A stretch of DNA of 64,000 nt. Source: Perkinsus chesapeaki ATCC PRA-425. Its lineage: Eukaryota > Protista > Perkinsozoa. The position numbers and the translations under genes are program-made. A model generated the notes under the pieces. The model did not search any database. It was not told the DNA's origin and saw nothing but the letters and a program-made list of their open reading frames with translations. The stretch lies in assembly GCA_013115145.1 (NCBI GenBank), contig JAAPAO010000007.1, positions 1 through 64,000 of the forward strand. The letters are read 5' to 3'. The first letter of the stretch is position 1, and the number at the start of each line of letters is the position of its first letter. Below are positions 19,625 to 31,489 of the stretch, in pieces.

Positions 19625-21574
19625 ATGTCTTCACGGGATTTCCCTTCACCAGCTTTGACGATCCCATCCACAGACAACTGTTACACTTCGGTACTCTCAG
19701 GCGGTGGTGGGGCGGCGTCGATTCCTCACCGAGCAAGAATGCCAGCGCAGCAGCAGCATCAACCCGAGGATTTTACTCTTGCAGAGGCAGATGCCCCGGC
19801 CACTGCCGCACCTTGCGTGGACTTCACTGACGAGCCAAAGTTCCACGAGTACATTCCCACCGAAGAGCCGCATATAGGAATTGCTCGGGCAGAGGTCAGT
19901 GCCACATCGGGGAACTCGGAATCGACAGAGGCGACTGCCGCTGGTGACAGCTCCAATCGATTGGGTGGCACTGGTGGCGGTTATGCAGCTTCTAGAGGTG
20001 ACGAGGGGCAGCAGCAGCAGTTCGGGGCAGCAGGAGAACCATTCCAGGGGTTCCTGTCTGCGGCGATAGCAGAGTGTTTAGATGTTCATCTGCAGTCACC
20101 ACAACTCGAGGACATACCACAAACTGTGGACGACTACACTCAATTGGAGGACTTATTGCTCGGTTGTTATTATTCTGATCCTGATAGCTATCTTAATACG
20201 ATTGACCCTGTAGCAACAGCGGGGTTGACGGATCCAGAGAAGGCATTGGTTGAGGCAGAGGTTAGAGATTTATTTGCTAAATTTGTATTTACATGTATGA
20301 GAGCAGTTGATCAATGGGTACCAATATATGGTAATAGAAGACAACCAGAGATGATAGGTTTGGTTAATCATAGAGAGATGTGTTATCATTTCCTTATGAG
20401 CTTTTTCCATCAAATATCAATAACATCACCACAAGCACCTGGTATACCACCATCACCACAGCAAGTATGTTCAACATTCCTTATACAAAAGGTTGTTGTA
20501 TGGATGCTATCTCATCCAATTGATGAGGTTAGAGTTATTGTGGAGTATCCAGGAGCTCGGATTGCTCGATTTACCGATGGCCTCCAAGCCATATGCGCTA
20601 ATAGTGCCGAAGATGCCTGGAACAAGTATATCGAAGCGGGTATAGTCAGAGGGAAGAGGATATCGGTGGGCATGTCGCTGACACCTGCGACCGAAGAGGA
20701 ACGCCTATATCAGCATCTTAGTGGCTTCTACCACCACTACGTTATTGACCCTGCTACTGGTGAACTGGCATGTTGTCTCAGCGACAAGGAGGAGGCCTTT
20801 ACCAGTGCAGACTTTAGAGTCTATTCGGTCGATGATTTCGGCTCTTTAATGAATCTATTGTGTCAGCTGTCGGATATGGGCAAGATGGCAGAGGAGGGTG
20901 AGAAGGTCGCTATGGCGGTGGACTTTGAAGGCCTTAATTTATCGAGGGATGGCGCTATGAGTTTGGCTCAGTTATGTCTGTCATCTGATCCCAGGAGTGT
21001 CTATGTTGTTGATATTACGAGGTTAGGCTTTCATGCCTTCCATGCCACAACTCATACAGGGACATCGCTGAAGTCCGTTATGGAGGATACCAGGATCGAG
21101 AAAGTATTTTATGACCCTCGTCACGATGTGGACGCGCTTTACTATCAGTTCAATGTGGCACCTCAAAACGTATTTGATCTGCAATTAGCTGAGGTGGCTT
21201 TGAGACGGGCAAGAGGTCTAACTGTACGCTATGTTATTGGCCTATTCAAATGCCTTGTTCAGTCGGGAGTCTTTGTTCAGCCCGAGCTCAGAGACTTTGC
21301 CACCAGAATCAATGACATTGGGAAGTCCCTATTCGAGCCAAAGCACGGTGGGAGCTATAAGGTGTTCACCGAGCGTCCCCTCCATCCTGGTATCATTGTT
21401 TATGCGTCCCACGATGCTAGATATCTTTTACCTCTTTATGATTCTTTTACGAGGCAACTGAGAATTGCCGGTGACAACTGGTACAATAGGGTCCTCGCTG
21501 CTAGTGCTCGGCGTGCTGAGTGGTATCAACATTCGGACTATTTGGTGGCTACATCGGAGGCGCCTGATATCTGA
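19625..21574 (+). CDS. DEDDy 3'-5' exonuclease (EXD1/Egalitarian-like), tandem copy 2, intronless
   Basis: 649-aa ORF with the same motifs as copy 1 (AVDFEG, FYDPRHDVDAL, YASHDA) and the same C-terminal SEAPDI. Confidence 0.85.
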   Translation: MSSRDFPSPALTIPSTDNCYTSVLSGGGGAASIPHRARMPAQQQHQPEDFTLAEADAPATAAPCVDFTDEPKFHEYIPTEEPHIGIARAEVSATSGNSESTEATAAGDSSNRLGGTGGGYAASRGDEGQQQQFGAAGEPFQGFLSAAIAECLDVHLQSPQLEDIPQTVDDYTQLEDLLLGCYYSDPDSYLNTIDPVATAGLTDPEKALVEAEVRDLFAKFVFTCMRAVDQWVPIYGNRRQPEMIGLVNHREMCYHFLMSFFHQISITSPQAPGIPPSPQQVCSTFLIQKVVVWMLSHPIDEVRVIVEYPGARIARFTDGLQAICANSAEDAWNKYIEAGIVRGKRISVGMSLTPATEEERLYQHLSGFYHHYVIDPATGELACCLSDKEEAFTSADFRVYSVDDFGSLMNLLCQLSDMGKMAEEGEKVAMAVDFEGLNLSRDGAMSLAQLCLSSDPRSVYVVDITRLGFHAFHATTHTGTSLKSVMEDTRIEKVFYDPRHDVDALYYQFNVAPQNVFDLQLAEVALRRARGLTVRYVIGLFKCLVQSGVFVQPELRDFATRINDIGKSLFEPKHGGSYKVFTERPLHPGIIVYASHDARYLLPLYDSFTRQLRIAGDNWYNRVLAASARRAEWYQHSDYLVATSEAPDI

Positions 21575-22024
21575 TATGTTGTGGTTCTCTTCGGCTCCAC
21601 TAGGTTATAGCCATGGATAGTCCCTTCGTTACCAAGGACTGCTGCTCAAACTGTGTAGATGATGTTATTACATTATTGTATACCCCTTAGCTCTTCCTTT
21701 CCGATCCTTCTTGCTGACATTACGACTATTCTTATTGTTATGTGTATATGTAAAATTATATAAGGATAGTCGTTCGATAGCTGCATCGCTGGCGGCGGTG
21801 ATGGGAACGAGGAGCCTCAAGTCTTTTGGGTCTCGTCGTCGTCTATCTACTGTTGATGGTGATGATGATGCTACTATTTCCCCTTCTACTACTAGAGTGT
21901 GTTACGATAATAATAATAATAATAATAACCTGTATTATTTAACACTTAGCTCATAACCTACTATCCAAGGCTCTTGCGTTTGTCTAAAGAGAGGAGAATC
22001 GCTGTAGTGCTGCTACTTTCGGGT

Positions 22025-22952
22025 ATGATAACAGTTCAAGGAGGAGGAGGAGGATACCATCCCCAACAGCAGGTGAGCAGTGGAGTTATTACTATTAGTA
22101 GCTACTACTACTTCTAGGTTGGTATTGATGTCAATGGTGATGGGCAACCGGATATAATGGTACCAGCTGGAGCACAGGTTATTGTGCACCATCAGCAGCA
22201 GCGACAGCAGCCGCAGTACCCCATGTACCAGCAACAGCAACCGCCGCCTATGGTATCCCCGCAAGTGCAGGTAGAGCCGTTTAGTGTGAGTGTTGGTACT
22301 ACTGTATGGTGTAGATATCAAATCAGTCGCCATATGGGCCACCACCACCATATCACCAGCAGCAGCAGGGTGTCTACCCTAATCCTTATAGTCAGTCTCA
22401 GCCCGCAGGATATTATCCCAACCCCTATGCACAGTCACAGCAGCAGCAGGGGCTCTATCAGCAGCCATACAGCCAGTCACAACCGGCAATGTATCAAGGC
22501 ACCTACCCTCAGCAACAACAACACCAACAACCACAGCCGCAGACCTATGGCCAACAGCAGCAGTATGTTATACAGCAACAACCTCAGCAGATACAGATGT
22601 CCATTAATAAGAAAAATAAGGACGATGATAACGAGGGTAGAGGGTGTTGGTTGGTTGCTCTCAACTGCTGTCATCAGATGCCTCAACATGTTGCGCCTGT
22701 TGTACATGCTTTATGATAATACCGTGTTGTGCCGCATTAGCAGCTTTACTAGGAAGTATGTTTGGTGGGGATGTGGCTGAGGTAGGACCATTACCACCAA
22801 AGCAGCAGGAGCAGCAAGGGGCTTTGCTCCCTCACGGTTTCCTGTAACTCTTGCTGCAGCCCCATAGCCTTTCAACTTCGCAGCAGCTCAATTGTCCCTT
22901 CACTCAGGCCTTGGGCGATGCTGCCGATGCCATTGGAGATGCTATCAACTGA
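22025..22952 (+). CDS. Gln/Pro/Tyr-rich protein with Cys-rich transmembrane C-terminus (CYSTM-like)
   Basis: Spliced MITVQGGGGGYHPQQQ|VGIDVNGDGQPD, then QQQPQYP-type runs, then DASTCCACCTCFMIIPCCAALAALLG. Confidence 0.6.
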
Positions 22953-23066
22953 TTCTCTTATTTACATTTATCATCAGCTTCATGCACCTTAATGTCCCAA
23001 GTGTCCACCGCCTCGAACAGTTGCCTTTAGTTGATATAACCTCACAATACGGCAGTTCCTTCCATC

Positions 23067-25955
23067 ATGCTTTCGAGCCTCAGGAGGGCAGTGCTCGGGT
23101 CTGCTGCAGTCTTGAGGACCTCCATTCGACCGGCGTCGACTGTGTGCCATCATCACACCAACGGCAGCTGGGAAGCCAGAGGCAGCGGGGCCTTTGCCTA
23201 CGGCCTCTGTGGAGTAGTGGCAGCAGCAGTAGCAGGAGCTACCATGGGAGGGCTTATAACAAATAGACCAGTGGAATGCGATGAGGCTAAACGTAGTAAG
23301 GGTTTGAGATGGCGTAATAAATGGGCGCGTGACTCATGACAGCCACCACCTTTACATTGATAGTACCCTTCCCCTCATAGTGGCTCATAGTGGTACTAGC
23401 CTTTATTTATCCGCTTCAATCGGGCATATCCTTCGTGTGGCAGTCTTCTGCTTGCCTTTGCGCACTTTCCGTCTCTTCACGTCTGAGTCTTTGTTTTGTC
23501 TGATATACTCCGCTGCCATAAGGTATGGCAATGTGCCGTTTAGTTGCCTACTCGAAGGGCGGCAAATGGGTTGAAGTCGGTGATGCTAGTAATTTTCGTT
23601 CTGGGGAGATGTACCTGCTTATGGTCGATGGAGAGCATTCAGTAGTAGCATGGCTGCAGCAGTGGACTCCATCGAGTTCTGTCAGATCCTATTGTTTCGG
23701 TCGAATAAGGGTCATCTCCATGCCACCGGGTCAAGGTGTACCTACAAGGGGTGCAGCCTCAAAGAGGGCCTATTCGTCAATGACACTGTTGTCTGTCCTA
23801 TGGTACTAAGGCTGGAGTGGACGCGGCAGCGGGCTCTGGGATAGGGTGCGTATGTCAGCACGATGCTGCCTATGACGTGGCTACTGGCATTCCGATCCGA
23901 GGGCCAGGTCTTGACGGCCTTGCAAGCTACCGTGGTAGTAGTAAGGATAGTCGAGGGTAGCGTATTGCTGTTAGTAGTTGAGGAACGAAGGGATGGTAAG
24001 GTGTACGTGGACGTGCCTAAAAGCAGGGATATGTGGGCCGGTGGGCGGGAGCCTGTTCCGATGGCTCAGAGGGACCCTAGGAACAAAGAGGGTAGCTTGA
24101 GGGAAGGAGGCAGAGTGACTGCTAACTGTACTGTGTGTAGTGTTCGCTATAGTGGGAGGAGGTGCTGCGGCAGCATCGGCCTGTGAGGCTATGAGATATA
24201 ACGGGTACACTGGGAGGATTGTCATGGTGAGTGGGATGGTGGCTGTGGGGTAGAGCATTATCGAATAGATAACTCGGGAGGCTCATTTGCCCTATGATCG
24301 CCCGGAGCTCTCGAAGCGGTTGGATCCGGCCCGTGACGCGACAAAGCTCTATTTACGGACGCCAGAGTTCTATGAAAGGTAGCTCTGTTGCTGTTGAGGT
24401 GCTGCTGGTAGGCCTTGAGCTCAGGCATGGTGTTGAGGTTATAACCAATACTACGGTGGTGGGTGTTGATGATGAGGGCAAGGAGATAGATATGCTCACA
24501 GCAGAGGGGTGAGGCTGCTGCTGCTGCTGTTGTCGGGTGGTATTGGCAGTAGTGAATTGTTTAATGGTTAGAGAGAGAAAGCAGTTGGTCTACGACAAGT
24601 GCCTCTATGCCGCTGGAGCGGATCCTATTGTCCCGGACGTATTGGGGTCCGATGCAGAGTGAGCCGAGTGGGTGTAGAAATGGTTTAACAGTCTATCAGG
24701 AACATACACTTCCTCCGCACCGCTGAGGATGCCACCAGAATAGCAGACAGCCTTAGGGTTGGCCATAAGGTGATGATCCGTCGCACTGAGCTGGAGGGTG
24801 CTGGCAGGTACTGATAATAGGCTCGGGCTTCATTGCCATGGAGATGGCCAGCGCTCTTGAGGATAAAGGAGTCGATGTGGCAATTGTTGGTAGGGGTCTT
24901 GGGTTGTACGTATTGACCATGGCTCAGGTCATGATGGTAAACCGTTGGAGAGGATACTGGGAAAGAAGGTGGCAAGATTCTTTTCATCGGGGCTGGAGGC
25001 AAAGTACTCCAAGTGCTGCTCGAGAATCATTAGCTTTCTCTGACTCAGCAAAATGAAGTATTACGGTAACTCAGAAGTTCGCTTGTTTCGCTACACTAAA
25101 GGTAATAATGCCCCTGCCGGGGATTGAACCCGGGTCGTGTTGTAGACCTTCATGGAGAAGGGTCCAGCGGGGACACCATCAACGGTTGTGAGCTCACTGA
25201 TGGGGCGGTGCTACCTGTTGATGTGGTCATCGTGGGCATCGGTACCGATCCTAACACAGAGCCTGTCAAAGGTGTGGATCTTCTGGTAGCCACCGCCGTG
25301 TGGTCGGTGATAGTTGCATAGTGTTTATTAGCCTGATGGGTCGCTCCCGACGGACCCTTACTTGGCAGTAGTAATGCCTGGTGGTACCAGCAGTGATAGT
25401 CTGTATGCAGCTGGAGATGTGGCGAGCTGCCCGGACGCTAAGACAGGTAGATGATGATGCTCTGTGGTGTACTGTGAGAATAGGTTAACATGTAGGGGAC
25501 CTGACAAGAGTGCAGCATTGGGATGTGGCAATGCAACAGGGACGAGTGGCAGCTGGTAACATGGCCGGCAGGCACGCACGGTAGGGAGGCTGACCGGTGA
25601 TTGGGTAGCTGGTGGCCTCAGCTACATGACCAGCCCGTTCTTTTGGACCACTCTCTTTGGCCGGTCGCTGCAGTACGTTGGTAACACCGGCGGTCGAGAA
25701 CAGTCGGATCACTTCGATGACGTCTATATTGAGGGCGACGTGGACAAGTGCAACTTTGTAGCTTTCTACTGCAAGGTGAGTGGGCGGTCATTTGGTAAGG
25801 GAGAGGTGGCTCAGGGGGATACGGTGGTGGCCGCTGCCACAGTGGGCCGGGATCCGGTGGCATCGGTAGTGGAGGAAATGATGAACAGACAGAAGATGCC
25901 GAAGACTAGCGAGCTCAAATTGGGCATCTGCAATGCGGATGACATTACACGGTAG
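23067..25955 (+). CDS. Rieske-domain FAD/NAD oxidoreductase (AIFM3/ferredoxin reductase-like), probably mitochondrial
   Basis: N-terminal presequence-like segment plus TM. Rieske motifs RCTYKG and VVCPM|HDAAYD. Reductase motifs IVGGGAAA, PYDRPELSK, IIGSGFIAMEMA, VVIVGIG and YAAGDVA. Confidence 0.88.
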
Positions 25956-26195
25956 CTTGGCCACGCTCGGCGGTTGTCGTGGGACAGTTGATTGTGTCAA
26001 GGAGGCTGCACAAACTGGATAAGGAGAAGCCCAAGCGACTGAAGCGACGGGTGGCCGAGGGGGAGGAGGAGAACCATCCCTCAGAGGAACAGACTCCCCA
26101 CTGACATGTGTTATGGTGTGATTCTCGCGTTTCTGTCAGCACTAGACGATTGAGTTGACGGTGGTCGCTGTGTGGTTGTCAGTTGGTTCATTTCC

Positions 26196-27712
26196 ATGAC
26201 AGCTGATTCACATCGTCGTCCCCTTCATGTACTCGTGACGGGCGGTGCTGGATTCATAGGCTCTCACGTTTGTGAGGCGCTGGTGCGTAGTAGGGGTAGC
26301 GGGCTGATAGCAGCAGCAGCAGCTAGGGGTCAGATGCGTCGTGGGTGCCGAGTGACCAATGTGGATTCTGTGAATGACTACTATGATCGCAGCATCAAGA
26401 TGGAGGCTCTGGCCACGCTCGAGGAGGTCTCCGCCCAAGTACCACCGACGTGGCGCTGTGAGGGTCGTCCTTTCCCCAATAGACTGGCGGTGGTGCCCTT
26501 TATGCCTTCCACTGCGTGGACTTGACGGACGCCTCCGCCCTGGAAGAAGTGATGAGCGCACAGGAGCATCCGTTTGACGCTATATGTCACCTGGCGGCAC
26601 AGGTATGGCCGGTTGCTGCTGCTGCTGCTGCAGTGGGGAGGGTGAAGGCGTTTATTAGGCGGGGGTGAGGTACTCGATTGAACATGCGGCGGAGATAGTT
26701 GCCGCTAACATCACGGCTACTGTTAATGTCTTCGAGCTCGCGAGGAAGTACAATATAAAGTAGTGCGTACATTCTGTTCGATTGTATGGGAGCTTGCCAC
26801 TGCGGCTGTAGGAAGGTGGTGGCTGCCAGCTCATCGAGCGTCTATGGCGACTCCTCCATTCCCCCGTTCAAAGAGTAACCTTTCTGGCCGAGCGACTTTG
26901 GATTCTCATGGCAGGACTGCTGAGTCGGCGGATAAACCGGTGTCTCCTTACGCGGCCAGCAAGCGTAGTTGCGAGCTCTTTGCTGAGACATATGCCCACT
27001 TGTACCATTTGGACATCATCATGTTGAGGTCCATTGAGCAGATATAACCATATTGCTTTGTACTGTGTGTTGCAGGTTTTTCACCGTCTACGGTCCCAGG
27101 GGCAGGCCGGACATGGCGTGCTTTAAGTAGGTATATGAGAGCTCGGCTGGTAGGGGGCGTGTAGGTTCATTGATGCCATAGAGAATGGTCGAGCAATCAC
27201 CAAGTACGGGGATGGAACAATGGTGGGTGTGGGCGAGGTGGCTGCTGCAGTGTGCGGCGGTAAGATACGAGAGTTCACGTACATCTCGGATATAGTCGGA
27301 GGGATATTGGCCGCGTTGGACAGGCCGATTGAGAAGGACAGAGGAACCGTTATCAAAGGTATCGGTGGGGTATATCGGCCAAACAGTGTTACTGTGGTTA
27401 AGTTAACCTCGGTGGTGGTAGCTGCCATACACTGAATGAGCTAATCGAAACCATTGAAGCAGCACTTGGACGGGAGGCGATCATCCAACAGATGGCGGTG
27501 CAGCCAGGTCGGACTACCTCCCAGTAGTCTGTTGTTGTTGCAGTTTGATAGTAGGTGATGTGTTCATGACCAGTGCGGATCAGGACCTGGCCAAACATGT
27601 TCTTAATTTCATCCCTAAAGTGACCCTTAAGGATGGTATCCACGCCACTGTGAAGTGGTACCGTGAATGGCGTAAGGACAAGTCAATTCGCGATGTTGTG
27701 AACTCTGGCTGA
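26196..27712 (+). CDS. NAD-dependent epimerase, UDP-glucuronate 4-epimerase-like
   Basis: VLVTGGAGFIGSH, DSVNDYYD, ASSSSVYG, SPYAASKRSCEL (YxxxK), FFTVYGPRGRPDMA and QPGDV. Confidence 0.92.
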
Positions 27713-27857
27713 GGCATGTGCGTGCGGCGATCGTGTTCTAGTCGTTTCGATTCCCCTCTCAGTTGTTGCGTTGGCCTCATCCATCTCCTGTTCGTGTTAG
27801 TTTTTTCTTGTAACGGTTAAATTGATATCGTCCCCTCACTGTGTTATCGAATAAGGT

Positions 27858-29789
27858 ATGATATCAACCCTAGTAATATTCAATCAGAAGGGAGATATCC
27901 TCATTTTACGACAATACAAGGATAACATCACCCGGGCAGAGGTCCAGGTGAGACAGCAACAGCAGCTGTAGTGGAAGCGAAACAGTTGCGGTCAGGCGTT
28001 CGGCAATAGGGTAATAGCGACCAAGGAGACCCGCGAGCGAGGACCTGTGGTGACTGTTGGATCTGCTCACTTCGTTCATATCACCTCGGGCGATATCACC
28101 CTTGTCGGCGCCACTAAGGTGGGTTCGGTGTTCGAATGCTTCACGATGAGGTGCCTCTGTCAGGAAAATGCCAACTGCGCGCTGATTGTGAAATTCCTCT
28201 ACAAGTTTGTAGATCTTTTGAAGGCTTACCTTGGCGGAACAACTCTCGATGAGAATCAGATTCGCAAGAACTTCGTCCTCATCTATGAGCTGCTCGATGG
28301 TAAGCCACACGACGGGTCGGCGGCGGCGACCCGTAGCGATTGTGCTTGTTGTTTTTAGAAGTGCTGGACTACGGTTACCCTCAGATTATGGAAGCTGACA
28401 TTCTTAAAAAGTAAAGGAGCAGGCATTGATGGTATGGAAGCTGCTATTATTGTCAGGTACATTACACAGGGTTCGGCAAAGAACGTGGTCGATCTCAATG
28501 ATACGGAGCAACTTAAGAAGATAACAGTAGCGGCCACTGGAGCGACGAGTTGGAGGGCCGAAGGAATCAAGTGGGGATAGAATACATCTTTTAGGCTAGA
28601 TAGCAGCTGGGATGTTTTGATAGATACAAGAAGAATGAGGTTTATATTGATGTGGTGGAGTCTGTGAACTGCCTCGTGTCCAGCAAGGGTACACTGCTAC
28701 GTGCTGATGTACGGCATAGATGGCAGTGATTCTTTTTACGAGTACATGTTGTCAGGTACAAGGGCAGGTCATGGTTAAGTGTATGCTTTCCGGCACCCCT
28801 GAATGTAAATTTGGTATGAATGATAAGCTGGTTATGAACCGTGACGGCCAAACATACGGTGGAGCTCCCTCCACAGGTATGCATTCTGACAGCTGTCATT
28901 GCTTTATTATTGTGTCTTAGGAGGGCAGTCTGGTGATAGAGGCATTGCACTGGATGATGTTAGGTAACGAAGATGGCTTTACTCTTCTTCAATGCTGATG
29001 ACTACTCGTGCTACAGGTTTCACCAGTGCGTCCGGTTGTCAAAGTTCGATACGGAGCGAGCTATCACCTTCATTCCCCCTGATGGCGTGTTTGAGCTGAT
29101 GAGTTATAGAATCACTGAGAATATTTCCTGCCCATTCAAAATCACACCAGTTGTAAGCCAGCTGCTGCTGCTGCCATCACCGGCATTCCTTGGACTTCGA
29201 TTCGGTAGATCTTGGAGCGAGGTCGCAACAAGATAGAAGTCAATCTAAAGTTGAAGGCGGTTTTCGATAAGAGTATCTTCGCTACAAACGTAGTGGTAAA
29301 GATACCGGTGCCAAAGAATGCCGCGACGGCTAACATCCGCCAGTGCACTATGGGAAAAACAAGGTAGGCGTTTCGCCACGTTTATTGCTTGTTCAATTAT
29401 CAATGGTACTTAGATACGAAGCAACTGAAGATGCACTAATGTGGCGAATAAAGAAGTTTCCGGGCATGGTCGAGTAAGAAGGCAATGCTGCTCTGTCTCG
29501 TCTACTGTGTCTGTCAGGGCCACTCTGTTGGCTGAGGTTGATCTCGTGTCAACGGTAGAGGACAAGCCATGGTCGAAACCGCCGATATCCTTGGATTTCG
29601 TCGTTCCGATGTTCACAGCTAGTGGATTGCGTGTCCGATTCCTTCGGGTATGTTCTTAGTGACAAGGATTTTGTGGCCGCAAGTGTCCATGATATCTTTA
29701 TTTTTCAGGTTCAAGAGAAGAGCAACTACAAGCCAGTGAAATGGATACGGTATATCACAAAGGCTGGGCAATATGAGCATAGAATATAA
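27858..29789 (+). CDS. AP2M1: AP-2 complex subunit mu
   Basis: [90 protein letters not shown] and [16 protein letters not shown]. Confidence 0.93.
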
Positions 29790-30029
29790 AAACACAGGGG
29801 TTCGTGTTAGAATGAAGTAGTTGGCTGAATTTCCAGCTGATGATGCTTGCTACCATTGCTGCTGATATTGTTGGTATTTATCAAGTGCCCGTTAGGTCGA
29901 TCCACGGATCACCCCTCCGTACTGTTCCTCCTACTAGCCATTTCTATACTATTAAGGTTTGGTGCCGAGTTGAAAAATGCCAACTTGGGTCGTTAGTGAA
30001 TTGGATTAAACAGCTTTGCCAGAATTGTT

Positions 30030-31489
30030 ATGAGCCAGGGCCGCCGTCACCCTGATGAGGCATCCACCAGAACACCTCTTTTGAGTGGCGACGATTCAAA
30101 CTCATCATCACCCGCAGTGAATCGATCTCGAAACCAATGCATTGAAGAGGGGCATAGCATCGAGATGCAGCGATTCATGGGTGCTATCCCGGCACAAGAA
30201 ACCAATGGGTAGCTTTGATGTGAGTGTGATCGCTTTATTCTGGCGGTTCGCAGTGGCGTCCAGAATGACAAGGACGGACCGATCGCACCTGCATCCATCG
30301 AGAGTGCAACATCAACAACTGACTGCGGAGCTATCGGCACGACCATAGGTAAAGAAGTTCTCCTAACGCTCAGCAAATCTTCCTTCTTTCCCTCCTCCTG
30401 CTGACACCCCAATGGTAACTGTGTTAGGTTCACCGAGGGTATCGACCCCAACATCATCAGCTAGTATAAATGGTGCTGATAGAATGTGCTTCATTTGTCT
30501 TGAGGTGGGCTTCACATTACTCTTTCCAGCTTTTCAACTTCTCTCACTCAGGGCCCGGGAGGAGACTGTGGGGATTTGGTGCCATGCTGTGACCGATGCT
30601 ATGCACATGTTCATCGCGGGTGTTGGGCAGAGTGGCGACAGAATCAGCGAATGACAGCGTTACGGTCTCGACTCACCGGTAGTTCGGGCTAATGCCAATC
30701 CCGAGTAGAAAGTCTTGCATAGGTCTAAGGCCATCCGGGATGGATCCTTTTCTCTGCTCTATCTGCAAGACTGGTCAGGCCTGCGTTGAGGGCGAGAGCC
30801 ATGACGTGGCCTGGCTAGCTGCAGTTACAGGTAATAATCCCGTAGTCGATGTTACTACATTCCCCGATTGTAGGTGCTCGATCAAGTCGAGGCCGCCAGG
30901 GTCCTTGGGAGGTTGGTCGTGGTTTCTTTTGCCGCTGCAGCGAGCGTTTCCCTGTTAGGTACTCGGCTCCTTTGGTGTACGATCAGACGCATCGTCTGAT
31001 TCCGACGAGGATGATGACCTCTTTGCTGATTCTGATGGGGTGGAGGACTCGCCAGTGTGCAGGTTGGTAGAGGAAGTCACCTTCTCCCAGTGCACTGTTT
31101 TGCATTCTCAGCCCATGGTTGGCGGCATTGAACTTTGCAGCTTTGATGCTTTTCGCGATCCTCACCCCGCTGGGCATCAACCTGGGCTGGGGAAGCTCCG
31201 GAGACGTGATCCTTGTTGGCTTTGTTGGACTCTATCAAGTAGGCTTGCGGTTTCGCTATTTCTGCTGTATTCGCATCGAACGCATCTCTGTTAGTTCTAT
31301 GCTATCGAGGCCGTGATAGTCGCTATTGCACATCGGCGATATGTACAACGTATGCGAGCCCGTAGGCGAGGCTCCATAGAGGAGTCCCCCACGGCAGACA
31401 TACAATCGCCACCGGTCATCGTCGAAAGCTCAGATTTAGAAGCTGGCGATCCACGAAGAGTTAGGCTGTTGCAAGTAGAGTCCGAGTAG
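30030..31489 (+). CDS. RING-CH (MARCH-like) E3 ligase with transmembrane segments
   Basis: CFICLE...CHACDRCYAHVHRGCWAEW...CSICK (RING-variant pattern), followed by hydrophobic segments (ALNFAALMLFAILTPLG). Stop 31487-31489. Confidence 0.75.
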
